Assembly: GCA_023267885.1 (NCBI GenBank)
Contig: JALNLB010000003.1
Location: 12,792-76,791 of the forward strand
DNA length: 64,000 nt
Source of the DNA: Candidatus Terraquivivens ruidianensis
GTDB taxonomy: Archaea; Thermoproteota; Nitrososphaeria_A; Caldarchaeales; Wolframiiraptoraceae
Direction: 5' to 3'
The number at the start of each line of letters is the position of its first letter. The stretch's first letter is position 1. The translations under genes and the position numbers were made by a program. Positions 29,627 through 37,989 of this stretch are shown here, in pieces. The notes beneath the pieces were generated by a model. That model saw nothing but the letters and a program-made list of their open reading frames with translations, searched no databases and was not told the DNA's origin.

Positions 29627-29980
29627 TCATATTCCCTGAATCAGCCTCTTTAAGTTTATGCTAACGAATACTGAGGAGAACGCCAGAATTGCTAGGAAGA
29701 TAGTCACCCTCATGAGAGCGTCCGGTGTTTCGAAGATATAGAACAGGGAGACTAGGACGAGTATGGCTATGACCGCATAAACGACGTAGACCAATAGGTA
29801 AGGGAAGTACTGTATGGGGAATTGTAGCGTACGCCACTCGAAGGGTTTTTGGCCACACTCGAAGGTGAGGACTTTCGTCCTCTTGACCCTTCTATGACTT
29901 AATAGCATTCCCAACAGAACGAAGAGCAGCGATACCAAAAACGCCACCACGACGAATATCAGCAAGGCTTTCACGCTCAT
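29627..29980 (-). CDS. nuoA: NADH:quinone oxidoreductase-like subunit A
   Basis: Three TM helices with FECGQKP...QYF. Confidence 0.88.
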   Translation of the reverse strand: MSVKALLIFVVVAFLVSLLFVLLGMLLSHRRVKRTKVLTFECGQKPFEWRTLQFPIQYFPYLLVYVVYAVIAILVLVSLFYIFETPDALMRVTIFLAILAFSSVFVSINLKRLIQGI

Positions 29981-29998
29981 GGCAGCGACCCCTCGAAC

Positions 29999-30352
29999 TC
30001 AGAAACCTCGCATCCTCTTAACTTTAAATTCTAAGCCAGTCGACAGTATGTTGGCCCTTACTATCGTGTAGACAGCTTGGCTGACTAGATGGGCATGGGT
30101 TTCCGTGTCTAACTTGCCACCCGCTTGCCTATACGTTGAGTATATGGTATTAACGTTGTCCCTCAAATCCTCGAAACTTGGGAGCTCCTTTCCGTCTAAG
30201 CTTTCGCATAGGTGCTGTGCCTTCTCGACGAAGGAGTAATCCTCGGTCTCGACAAACGCCCTTAGGTTCTTGAGAACATCCTTTATACCGTCTCTCAATT
30301 TGAGCATCTCTTCCCTGAGCCTAATAGGCGAAACCTTCTCGGCCATTACCAT
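29999..30352 (-). CDS. Hypothetical helical protein inside the nuo operon
   Basis: Overlaps the nuoI end; protein-like composition. Confidence 0.75.
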   Translation of the reverse strand: MVMAEKVSPIRLREEMLKLRDGIKDVLKNLRAFVETEDYSFVEKAQHLCESLDGKELPSFEDLRDNVNTIYSTYRQAGGKLDTETHAHLVSQAVYTIVRANILSTGLEFKVKRMRGF

Positions 30353-31269
30353 ACCAACCTCCTGAAGACCATCCTCGTCCTTTCTATGACGTTAAGCTCC
30401 GGAGGAACGCCGGTAACGTTAAGCTCTTCTGGTCTCTTAGCGAGCATGTTAGGTGTGTATACCAGCTCCCTTCTGCTGATGGCCGATATCTCGAACTCGC
30501 TCGTCATCTCTAGGGCTTGGAATGGACACGCGTCAACACAGAATCCACACATCACGCATCTTCCGTAGTCGACCGACGGGAACAAAGACCTCTTGTTCTG
30601 CTTGTATCCCATGTCTATTTTGCGTACGAGGACCTTCACTGTAAAGTCGTGCTTTGAAAGTTCAACTGACGCAGACTCCGTTGCCGCCTCATGCTTTCTA
30701 AGTTCCCAGCCTGCGGTCCTAAGTTTCTCCACAGCGGTGTAAACCTTCTGGTAGAGAATCTCAACAGCCCTTGCGTCAAAAATTGGCTCGAGGTTCAGCT
30801 TAATTTCATACCCTCCCTCTATCTTTATAACTTGCCTAATATCCGTCGGCGTCCAGAAGAAGGAGCTGAGGGAGTTATACTGGATGTAACTAGGCTCGGC
30901 CGAGAATGAGCTCACGATTGCATCCAAGGCTCCCACAATTTCTGGTGTAGATGCTTTGAAGTGTTCATAACATTTCTCGTCCATAACGATGACGACATCG
31001 AAGCCATAAGTCATCGTTATGGCTTCTGCTATATTCTGACACGCCAAGTCGCAAGAGCCGCAGCCGGTGCACTTTTCCATATAAAGCATGTGCCTTCCTT
31101 TGCTACCAGGATACCCTATGCCTGCCTTAGGGTCGAACCTGTAACCCTCATCTGGTAGGTTCGGAACCTTTTCATACGGCCACTTCACCGTGTAGGGCTT
31201 TAGGAACACGTGCTTCAACCCTGAGTATATCGGCATTAGCGTCCTCTTAACACCCTGAGCTATACCCAT
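30346..31269 (-). CDS. nuoI: NuoI-like 2x[4Fe-4S] subunit with a large internal insertion
   Basis: TVKWPYE, CTGCGSCDLAC and CVMCGFCVDACP; 307 aa. Confidence 0.88.
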   Translation of the reverse strand: MGIAQGVKRTLMPIYSGLKHVFLKPYTVKWPYEKVPNLPDEGYRFDPKAGIGYPGSKGRHMLYMEKCTGCGSCDLACQNIAEAITMTYGFDVVIVMDEKCYEHFKASTPEIVGALDAIVSSFSAEPSYIQYNSLSSFFWTPTDIRQVIKIEGGYEIKLNLEPIFDARAVEILYQKVYTAVEKLRTAGWELRKHEAATESASVELSKHDFTVKVLVRKIDMGYKQNKRSLFPSVDYGRCVMCGFCVDACPFQALEMTSEFEISAISRRELVYTPNMLAKRPEELNVTGVPPELNVIERTRMVFRRLVW

Positions 31270-31275
31270 GTGAAC

Positions 31276-32493
31276 TCACCTGTCACACTCTACCGGCCAG
31301 TAATTCAGCGACCAGTATATTATCGGTACGTCCGCAATCCTAACTTCCCTGATTAGGTGAGGTATCGCTATGATGTTCCTGAAGGAGGGCGAGCATATCT
31401 TCACCCTGTAAGGCCTGTCCGTTCCGTCGCTTCTAATGTAGATAGAGCACTGCCCCCTAGCCGCCTCTGCGCTCGCGAAAACCTCGCCAGCAGGAACCCT
31501 TATCGTGACAGGATGCTGCTTCAGCTTGACGGGCCCCTCGGGCATCTGCTCGATGGCCTGCTTGATTATCCTGACGCTTTCCTTCATCTCGTAGTAGCCC
31601 ACCATCATTCTTGAGTAGCTGTCGCATCCCTCCATGGTCGGCACGTTGAACTTGATGTATGGGTACGCATCATAGGGTTCATCTATTCTCGTGTCAGACT
31701 TCACGCCCGAACCCCTCAAGACAGGGCCAACCACACCCAAGGACACCGCATCCTCCTTCTTAAGCACACCGATACTCTTCGTTCTATAGATGAATATCGA
31801 GCTGTCGAGGAGCATCGGATAGTATTCGTCAAGCCTGGTATCGAAGAAGTCGCACACTGCGAGGGCATACTTCCGGAAGTCCTCGGGTACCTCGCCGCCG
31901 GGATAATCCTTTCCCAGCATCATGCGGTAGTACCTCCTGAAGTCTTTCATGAGCTCCTTGGGAACGTTGACTGGCGCATCGTTCCTAACACCACCAGGAA
32001 CGAAGTACGAATGCGTTATCCTCTGACCGCCTATCAGCTGCGTCAGGTCCACGAGGTACTCTCGGTCGCCGAAGCACCACATGTACATCGTCGCGTGACC
32101 TGCGAAGACACCCATCAGGCCCAGCCAGTAAAGGTGGCTGCATATTCTCTGGAGCTCGGCCATTATGACTCTCAGGTATTTCGCCCTTTCTGGAGGCTCA
32201 ACACCCATGAGCCTCTCTACAGCAAGAACGTACGGATAGGTCATGCCGGCAGAGTCGAGTATCGCCGGCCTCTCGAGGTGAGGTATGTTCGTTATCCATG
32301 TCTTGTACTCGCACATCTTCTCCTCGCCCCTATGGACGAAGCCAGGGTCTGGGTCGCACCTAACCACGACGTCACCTACGACTGTGAGTATCATTCTAAA
32401 GTGGCCGGTCCCGGGATGTTGTGGCCCCATGCTGAACGTGAGCGCTGGCCCGCCTTCGTAGACCTCTAACGACTTTACTTCTTCTCTAGCCAT
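31276..32493 (-). CDS. nuoD: NADH:quinone oxidoreductase-like subunit D
   Basis: GPQHPGTG, GFVHRGEEK, AELQRICSHL, PGGVRND, GPVLRGSG; no Ni-binding CxxC pairs. Confidence 0.95.
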   Translation of the reverse strand: MAREEVKSLEVYEGGPALTFSMGPQHPGTGHFRMILTVVGDVVVRCDPDPGFVHRGEEKMCEYKTWITNIPHLERPAILDSAGMTYPYVLAVERLMGVEPPERAKYLRVIMAELQRICSHLYWLGLMGVFAGHATMYMWCFGDREYLVDLTQLIGGQRITHSYFVPGGVRNDAPVNVPKELMKDFRRYYRMMLGKDYPGGEVPEDFRKYALAVCDFFDTRLDEYYPMLLDSSIFIYRTKSIGVLKKEDAVSLGVVGPVLRGSGVKSDTRIDEPYDAYPYIKFNVPTMEGCDSYSRMMVGYYEMKESVRIIKQAIEQMPEGPVKLKQHPVTIRVPAGEVFASAEAARGQCSIYIRSDGTDRPYRVKICSPSFRNIIAIPHLIREVRIADVPIIYWSLNYWPVECDR

Positions 32494-32494
32494 T

Positions 32495-33004
32495 TTAACG
32501 CTCCCTCCCCGGAACTACGTACTCCTTCCTCAGCGGAGGCTTGTCCGACCAAAATTCGGGTAGAATCAACCTCCTTAGGTCTGGATGCCCCTCGAAGCTG
32601 ACGCCTAACATCTCGTAGACTTCGCGTTCATGCATCTCCGCACCTTTCCAAATGTTAACCAAGGATGGCATGATTGGGTTTGAGAGGCTAACCTTCGTTG
32701 ACAATGAGAGCGTCACACCTCTAAGCACATCTGAGGATAGGCTACTGACATGGTAAATTACCTCTAACCCATCTTGTGCCTTGCTGGGCAGCCTTGATAA
32801 ATCCACACTCGTTACACCCTTCACATAATCCATCCCCCATTCCGATTTCAAGTATTGGGCAACATCTTTGATACGGTCAGGAGCGATGAGAATCTTCACT
32901 ATCTTCTTTGGTTCTACAATTACTTCCAGAACTTTATCGCCAAACTTCTCCCTCAAATCGTCGACGAGCTTATTCAAAACATCCTCTGCAACCGACAAGT
33001 TCAC
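32495..33004 (-). CDS. nuoC: NADH:quinone oxidoreductase-like subunit C
   Basis: HEREVYEMLGVSFEGHPDLRRL...PLRK. Confidence 0.95.
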   Translation of the reverse strand: MNLSVAEDVLNKLVDDLREKFGDKVLEVIVEPKKIVKILIAPDRIKDVAQYLKSEWGMDYVKGVTSVDLSRLPSKAQDGLEVIYHVSSLSSDVLRGVTLSLSTKVSLSNPIMPSLVNIWKGAEMHEREVYEMLGVSFEGHPDLRRLILPEFWSDKPPLRKEYVVPGRER

Positions 33005-33573
33005 CTAATCACCTCGTTCATTATCTTGTCCCTAAGCATCAGTATCCCCTGAAAGAGTGTCTCGGGCCTTGGCGGGCATCCAGGTATGTAGACGTCCACG
33101 GGAATTATGTCATCTATGCCTTGGATCACGTTGTACGAGTCCTTCGCGTAAAGTCCGCCGCTTATGGCACAAGCCCCCATGGCTATGACCCACTTCGGCT
33201 CCGGCATTTGGTCATAGATCAGCCTGACCCTTTGAGCCATCTTTGCCGTGACCGTGCCCTCAATCAGGAGAACGTCCGACTGTCTCAACGAGCCAACTGC
33301 CGTAAGCCAGCCGAACCTTTCAGGGTCGTACCTCGGCCCGCTCAGGGCCGCAAACTCAACGGAGCAGCATGCCGTCGTGAGGTGAACGGGCCACATCGAG
33401 CAGAGCCTTCCCCAATTTATTATGTACTTGATAAGCGATAGGTTCTTTAACTTATAAATTACATACCTTAGCCTTCCCTTTCCTTCTTCGTAAACGCATC
33501 CGGGCTTATATCTCCTCAGCACTTCGTCAACATCGCTTCTCGGCACAACCTCCTCCTCAACAGATTCTATCAC
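33001..33573 (-). CDS. nuoB: NADH:quinone oxidoreductase-like subunit B
   Basis: TACCSVEF, RQSD, MPEPKWVIAMGACAISGG, DVYIPGCPPRPE; start uncertain, GTG 33573 chosen. Confidence 0.95.
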   Translation of the reverse strand: MIESVEEEVVPRSDVDEVLRRYKPGCVYEEGKGRLRYVIYKLKNLSLIKYIINWGRLCSMWPVHLTTACCSVEFAALSGPRYDPERFGWLTAVGSLRQSDVLLIEGTVTAKMAQRVRLIYDQMPEPKWVIAMGACAISGGLYAKDSYNVIQGIDDIIPVDVYIPGCPPRPETLFQGILMLRDKIMNEVIR

Positions 33574-33719
33574 CGTCTTGGAGTTGCCTAAACTGTAACC
33601 GAAAGTGCCAGCCTTACGGTGAAAGGTTTTCATCGGATAATTGCTATAAATCAAGAAATCGTGCACCCCTGCGATGCCGAGCATATGGTCCCATATTTAA
33701 ATTCTTGTTAAAGCTTTTG

Positions 33720-34337
33720 CTACAATATACGTCTAGATTTTGAGTAGAGCTTGACGGCGTAAAATAAGACAGTTACCGCGATGGGCACGATTAACAGTAT
33801 AGACCATCTAGGCATGTAAGGAGGTAAGGTTGCGAACGGTGCTGCTAGTGCGGCGACGATCAGCGAGAGGACGAACATGAACGCTATGAACCTTGTGCCC
33901 GACCTAGGGTCCGCGAGCAACTTCAGGAATGACTCCACCAAACCGTCCCTGAGCTTTTTCTCACGAATGGAATACAATCCATAAACTTCCCTACCTACTT
34001 CCTCAAATAGAGCCGGGTCGTCAGCGCCGAAGAAGTCCTCCCTCAACCATGCAGCAACCTCTCCATTCCTTTTTAGGAAAATCCCGTTTCCTATAACTTC
34101 GGCATTAAGGTTCCTGAGCTTCGCAAACTTCCTTGTTAGTGCTACGAAGTTTCTGTCGAACTTGATGTTTGTGCTTCCCGCCATCCCAATTATTGGTTTA
34201 TCGAAGAAGTATACCCTATTGACGACGAAACCGTTCGCCTCGAACTCGGGCATCCTATCCTGAACCGTTATCCTTGGAACGCCTTTCCGTAGTTGCTCCC
34301 TAACATATTCTTGGGCCTTCAGGAAAGCCTCCGACAA
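33720..34337 (-). CDS. Hypothetical protein with two C-terminal TM helices
   Basis: 205-aa ORF with a soluble N-domain and two hydrophobic segments. Confidence 0.75.
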   Translation of the reverse strand: MSEAFLKAQEYVREQLRKGVPRITVQDRMPEFEANGFVVNRVYFFDKPIIGMAGSTNIKFDRNFVALTRKFAKLRNLNAEVIGNGIFLKRNGEVAAWLREDFFGADDPALFEEVGREVYGLYSIREKKLRDGLVESFLKLLADPRSGTRFIAFMFVLSLIVAALAAPFATLPPYMPRWSILLIVPIAVTVLFYAVKLYSKSRRIL

Positions 34338-34436
34338 CAGCCACCACGGTTTTACTCAGAAGCTTCTAATATTAAAAATTATTACGGTCCCAAAAAATAG
34401 TTATATTTTCCACATGCTGGATTATACGGGAGTTCG

Positions 34437-34616
34437 ATGGTGCTAAGGATATCGATATCCGCGGCTGGCCTCAGGGAGGTTTTCGCGATAGTCGTCCTGT
34501 TTTTGATATTCCTAGCTACGTTAATGATTGTCGTGGTGCTTGCTGCATTCCTTAAGACATTCGGAACAGAAATAAGCAAGTACGTGCTGGACTTGGCCCT
34601 CAGGGTTGTGGGGTAG
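34437..34616 (+). CDS. Small membrane protein (59 aa), pilin-like N-terminus
   Basis: Manual translation MVLRISISAAGLREVFAIVVLFLIFLATLMIVVVLAAFLKTFGTEISKYVLDLALRVVG; fills the gap, TATA-like sequence upstream. Confidence 0.65.
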   Translation: MVLRISISAAGLREVFAIVVLFLIFLATLMIVVVLAAFLKTFGTEISKYVLDLALRVVG

Positions 34617-34621
34617 CCAAA

Positions 34622-35257
34622 TCAGATGTAGTAGTATCTCCTAAGCCCAGCCCTGTAGATTAACGTGATAATTAAGCCCGTGATGAAACCCCCTATATGT
34701 GCGACGTAAGCAACCGAACCAAGCGGCATCGCTATCGCATAAAGTAACTGTATCAGTGCCAGCCCGAATATCACGACGATGGCAGGTGCTGCGACGGGAA
34801 TCAAACCCAAGAACACGAACAGCCTCCTGAATGGAAATAGGACAGCATAGCTCGCCATCACACCGAATATCGCGCCGGAAGCACCTATGGCGGGTCTGTA
34901 CGCATCTTCGGGGAATAAGCCGTATATGTAAGCGGAGTGGAACACGCCTGCGAGTATGCCGGATAGAAAGTACAATAGGGTGAACTTTTTGGAGCCGTAA
35001 GCGATTTCGCAGTCCCTACCAAGGAGAAAGAGCGCATACATGTTGAAAAATATATGGAAAAAATCCGCGTGCAAGAACATGGACGTTATGAGCCCGTGAA
35101 AGGCCATACCGTTCATGATAGATGCAGGAACGACACCAAAGGTATATACCAGCTTTGTCATATCCCTATTCGATAATGTCAGCATGTAAACAAAAACTGC
35201 CAAGTTGATCAGTATGATGGCATAAACCACTTTAGGCCTTTCGTGGACGTAGTACAT
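34622..35257 (-). CDS. Rhomboid intramembrane serine protease
   Basis: FLHADFFHIFFNM, GASGAIFG, AHIGG. Confidence 0.95.
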   Translation of the reverse strand: MYYVHERPKVVYAIILINLAVFVYMLTLSNRDMTKLVYTFGVVPASIMNGMAFHGLITSMFLHADFFHIFFNMYALFLLGRDCEIAYGSKKFTLLYFLSGILAGVFHSAYIYGLFPEDAYRPAIGASGAIFGVMASYAVLFPFRRLFVFLGLIPVAAPAIVVIFGLALIQLLYAIAMPLGSVAYVAHIGGFITGLIITLIYRAGLRRYYYI

Positions 35258-35338
35258 TCTGCGTGGTGTGTTAGTTCGGCTTTATATATTTTAAACAACA
35301 ACGAAAATTAAATAAGAGCTATGCCATAACATGTTGAT

Positions 35339-35400
35339 GGTGGCGATGAAGAACCAGAGTTACACGGATTAGTGACGAAGAGGCATTTGTCGGAGCCACC
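35339..35400 (+). ncRNA. C/D box guide sRNA with two guides, predicted targets in LSU rRNA
   Basis: Terminal stem GGTGGC/GCCACC; C ATGAAGA, D' CGGA, C' GTGACGA, D CGGA; two 12-nt guides; TATA-like TTAAATAA upstream. Confidence 0.8.
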
Positions 35401-35437
35401 GTTAAACGGCCTGTCAAAAAATTGGTTTAGTAGGTCC

Positions 35438-35767
35438 TTATGCACCGAGTATAAAGAACGCGATGACTATGCCGTAGATAGCCAGCGCTTCGGCGAACGC
35501 AGCGACTATTATCGCCGTGGTCCTTATCTCGGGTCTCTCGGCAGCAGCTGCCAAGCCAGCCGAGCCAGCCCTCGCGATACCGAAGCCAGCCGATATGACA
35601 GCGACGCTAAATGCTATGGCGGCAGAAAGGGTCTTCGGAAAGAGTTCTGGCACTTCTTGGGGAGCAGCGGCCACCGGCGTCATAAATGATGCCACCAAAG
35701 AAAGCACGAGCAGGGACGCAAACACCAACTGACCAATAACACCTAACTTCAACACCCTTAAGCGCAC
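35438..35767 (-). CDS. atpK: A/V-type ATP synthase proteolipid subunit K (c)
   Basis: AGFGIARAGSAGLAAAAERPE...AFAEALAIYG; signal-peptide-like N-terminal extension. Confidence 0.93.
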   Translation of the reverse strand: MRLRVLKLGVIGQLVFASLLVLSLVASFMTPVAAAPQEVPELFPKTLSAAIAFSVAVISAGFGIARAGSAGLAAAAERPEIRTTAIIVAAFAEALAIYGIVIAFFILGA

Positions 35768-35809
35768 CTCTTTTGCGTGAGGCTTTCAGTGCTTAGCATC
35801 TTATAAGGC

Positions 35810-36010
35810 TTATCGCAAAACGTTTCTCTTATACCTTTCAGCAAATACTACCACCAGCACGGTCCAGCATAGCGCGAATATTCCCCAGCCCAAAATTGAG
35901 AACGTATTGAGAAAATCTAACATCCTTAAGATTATCAGCAAAATGATTGGAGGACCTGTGAATAGTATGGCCAACAACGTTGACCTTAGCAGTAGCTCCC
36001 TACGTCTCAT
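35810..36010 (-). CDS. Small two-TM hypothetical protein in the atpD-atpK cluster
   Basis: Stop/start overlap with the upstream ORF; two hydrophobic segments. Confidence 0.65.
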   Translation of the reverse strand: MRRRELLLRSTLLAILFTGPPIILLIILRMLDFLNTFSILGWGIFALCWTVLVVVFAERYKRNVLR

Positions 36011-36261
36011 CAGGACACCCAGGATAACCCTCTTAAGGCGCTTAATATTGACGAAAGCCTGCGCCTCCTAAGCCTCTCTTTTTCACACGAGAGAACTTCA
36101 TGGTGAGTTCTCCTAAGCGTGTTCATCTGTGCGGATTGGTCTTGCCTAGTCCTTTCGGCTATCTCCCTTCGGGCGTTAAGTTCTTCCTTTAGCCCCTCCC
36201 TCAATTTTCCGAGAAACTTCTCGGAGAACTTCTTTTTTACGACCTTACCCGAAGCCACCAT
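36010..36261 (-). CDS. Small basic helical hypothetical protein
   Basis: Co-oriented in the atpD cluster; GGAG SD-like sequence upstream. Confidence 0.6.
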   Translation of the reverse strand: MVASGKVVKKKFSEKFLGKLREGLKEELNARREIAERTRQDQSAQMNTLRRTHHEVLSCEKERLRRRRLSSILSALRGLSWVS

Positions 36262-36281
36262 ACGAACTCCTTCCTACATGG

Positions 36282-36425
36282 TCACCGTTGCTTACTCAGA
36301 ACCTCATAGGCTTTTTTCAGAATTTCTTCTGTCTTGGACCCTATGTCTTTCACGTACGCCTCCTTCTTATCCTTCACAACCTTCTTGGCCCTCTCGAAGA
36401 CTTTCTCAACCTCCTTAACTTGCAT
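36282..36425 (-). CDS. Small charged helical protein (47 aa), not in the ORF track
   Basis: MQVKEVEKVFERAKKVVKDKKEAYVKDIGSKTEEILKKAYEVLSKQR; overlaps the atpD end; GGAGG upstream. Confidence 0.65.
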   Translation of the reverse strand: MQVKEVEKVFERAKKVVKDKKEAYVKDIGSKTEEILKKAYEVLSKQR

Positions 36426-37071
36426 GCGAACCTACCTCCATTAACTCAAGCTTCTTTTTGACGTGCTTCAGCTTGACGAAATCGTCCCTTTCTCTCTCCT
36501 CGAGCGTCATGGATATGAACTTTATCGCGTCCTTGTATTTGGGTATGACGACGTGCTCGAGGGCATTAAGGAGGCGCTGGGTCTTCTTCAACTCCTCGGC
36601 AAGCCTGAAGATGGCGTTCTCGAGTTCTGCTGCCCTGCAGACAGTGCCGACCAACTCCTTGAACATGCTGGCCGCCTCATCCAGCGAGACGGACGTATCC
36701 GCGAAGCCGTAGGTGAGCCCCATCCTTCCGCTATCTACCTCCACTATGGGTATGCTTATCCCTATGATGGTCCTTGATTTTGCCCTGACGGAAACCGTTT
36801 CAGGAACGTTGGCGGCAACACTCTGCAACCTCAAAGGTCCCATGCTAAGCAAGCTCTCATGTAGAGCGCCGTAGGCTTTCATGAGCGGCTCCATGAGTTT
36901 TCGTCTCGCCTCCTCAGCCTCCTCTATGAGCTCGTTCAGCCTCCTTACGAGTATGTCCCTCTTGTCCTCCAGTATCCTGTAAACGTTTTGGGCAACCTGC
37001 AAGGAGCGGCGTATCCTTATCAGCTCCAACTTCGTCGGTAGGTACTTTCCGCCAAAGCTTACGGACAACAC
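36415..37071 (-). CDS. atpD: A/V-type ATP synthase subunit D
   Basis: PTKLELI...LEDKRD...KKTQRLLNALEHVVIP...LEERERDDF. Confidence 0.96.
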   Translation of the reverse strand: MLSVSFGGKYLPTKLELIRIRRSLQVAQNVYRILEDKRDILVRRLNELIEEAEEARRKLMEPLMKAYGALHESLLSMGPLRLQSVAANVPETVSVRAKSRTIIGISIPIVEVDSGRMGLTYGFADTSVSLDEAASMFKELVGTVCRAAELENAIFRLAEELKKTQRLLNALEHVVIPKYKDAIKFISMTLEERERDDFVKLKHVKKKLELMEVGSHAS

Positions 37072-37116
37072 CCACCACCATTACCCGAAAACTCTATAAT
37101 GCATTTGATGGTAGCA

Positions 37117-37938
37117 TCATAATAAAACAGGCTTTATTTCTTTCTTCACATGAAAGAGGCACTTCTCATGGCCAGTGTTTATACACTCGAGCTCCGTCAC
37201 AGTCCAGTCTCCGCCGAACAACTTTGATAGGTAGCCTACCAAAATGCCCCTGCGTAAGTTGCCGGCTGGTCCATTCACGACGCCTGACAGAAAGGTACAC
37301 TCAACATGTTCCCATATCTTAATACGAAACTCGTCTTTCGAGATAGTGTCAAGCTCATACTTTGAAAACCAACCAAATATCCTTCCTGTTTGTAATGCAA
37401 GCTCTAGTAAAGTTTTCGGCGCCGCTCCAGCCTCTAACAGCGGCTTGTAAGTGTTAGCCATGAATTCTCCCACCGTTAAACCTAAATGATACAGGAAAAT
37501 TGCTGCACCTTCCCCAAACTTTTCGTACAAACCGTTGAATAACCCCTTTAAGTGTGCATAAGTAAAAATCGTAGCCCTTTCGTTAAATATACTGAGCTCT
37601 TCGTAATATTGCGAGAAGGCTGCCGAGCCTACGGAGTTTATACTAAACTCATTATAATCAACATAACAAACTTCATCCATGCTTTCAAGCTCTTTTATCA
37701 AACTCCTAAAATCTGAGACTGGAACATCTGTAACGTCCAAGTAAATCGCATTGAATATGCCTTTGCTTTCTTCTGACGTAGCGCTTGTTATGCAACCAAC
37801 CACGTTAATATTTCGGGTATGTATGGCGTTGAAAACTTTAGCGAGCGTACCAGGAACGTCCTTTAGGATGAGGTTGAGCGTCGTTACTCTTCTACCACGT
37901 CTAAACACCAACAAGGGTAAATCTAAGCTTTTGCCCAA
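37117..37938 (-). CDS. ACT domain plus V4R domain protein
   Basis: KDVPGTLAKV...NINV (ACT); FLYHLG...GW...VEC...RGILVG...ELECINTGHEKCLF (V4R). Confidence 0.85.
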   Translation of the reverse strand: MGKSLDLPLLVFRRGRRVTTLNLILKDVPGTLAKVFNAIHTRNINVVGCITSATSEESKGIFNAIYLDVTDVPVSDFRSLIKELESMDEVCYVDYNEFSINSVGSAAFSQYYEELSIFNERATIFTYAHLKGLFNGLYEKFGEGAAIFLYHLGLTVGEFMANTYKPLLEAGAAPKTLLELALQTGRIFGWFSKYELDTISKDEFRIKIWEHVECTFLSGVVNGPAGNLRRGILVGYLSKLFGGDWTVTELECINTGHEKCLFHVKKEIKPVLL

Positions 37939-37989
37939 GCATCAAGCACCGCCAATAAAATAAATTTTTTATTATATAACTATTATTAA

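Noticed and set aside
30610-31010. Intein in nuoI
   Set aside because: No Cys/Ser start, His-Asn end or endonuclease motif
31276-33573. Group 4 [NiFe] hydrogenase
   Set aside because: The large subunit lacks the N- and C-terminal CxxC Ni ligands, so it is complex I-like
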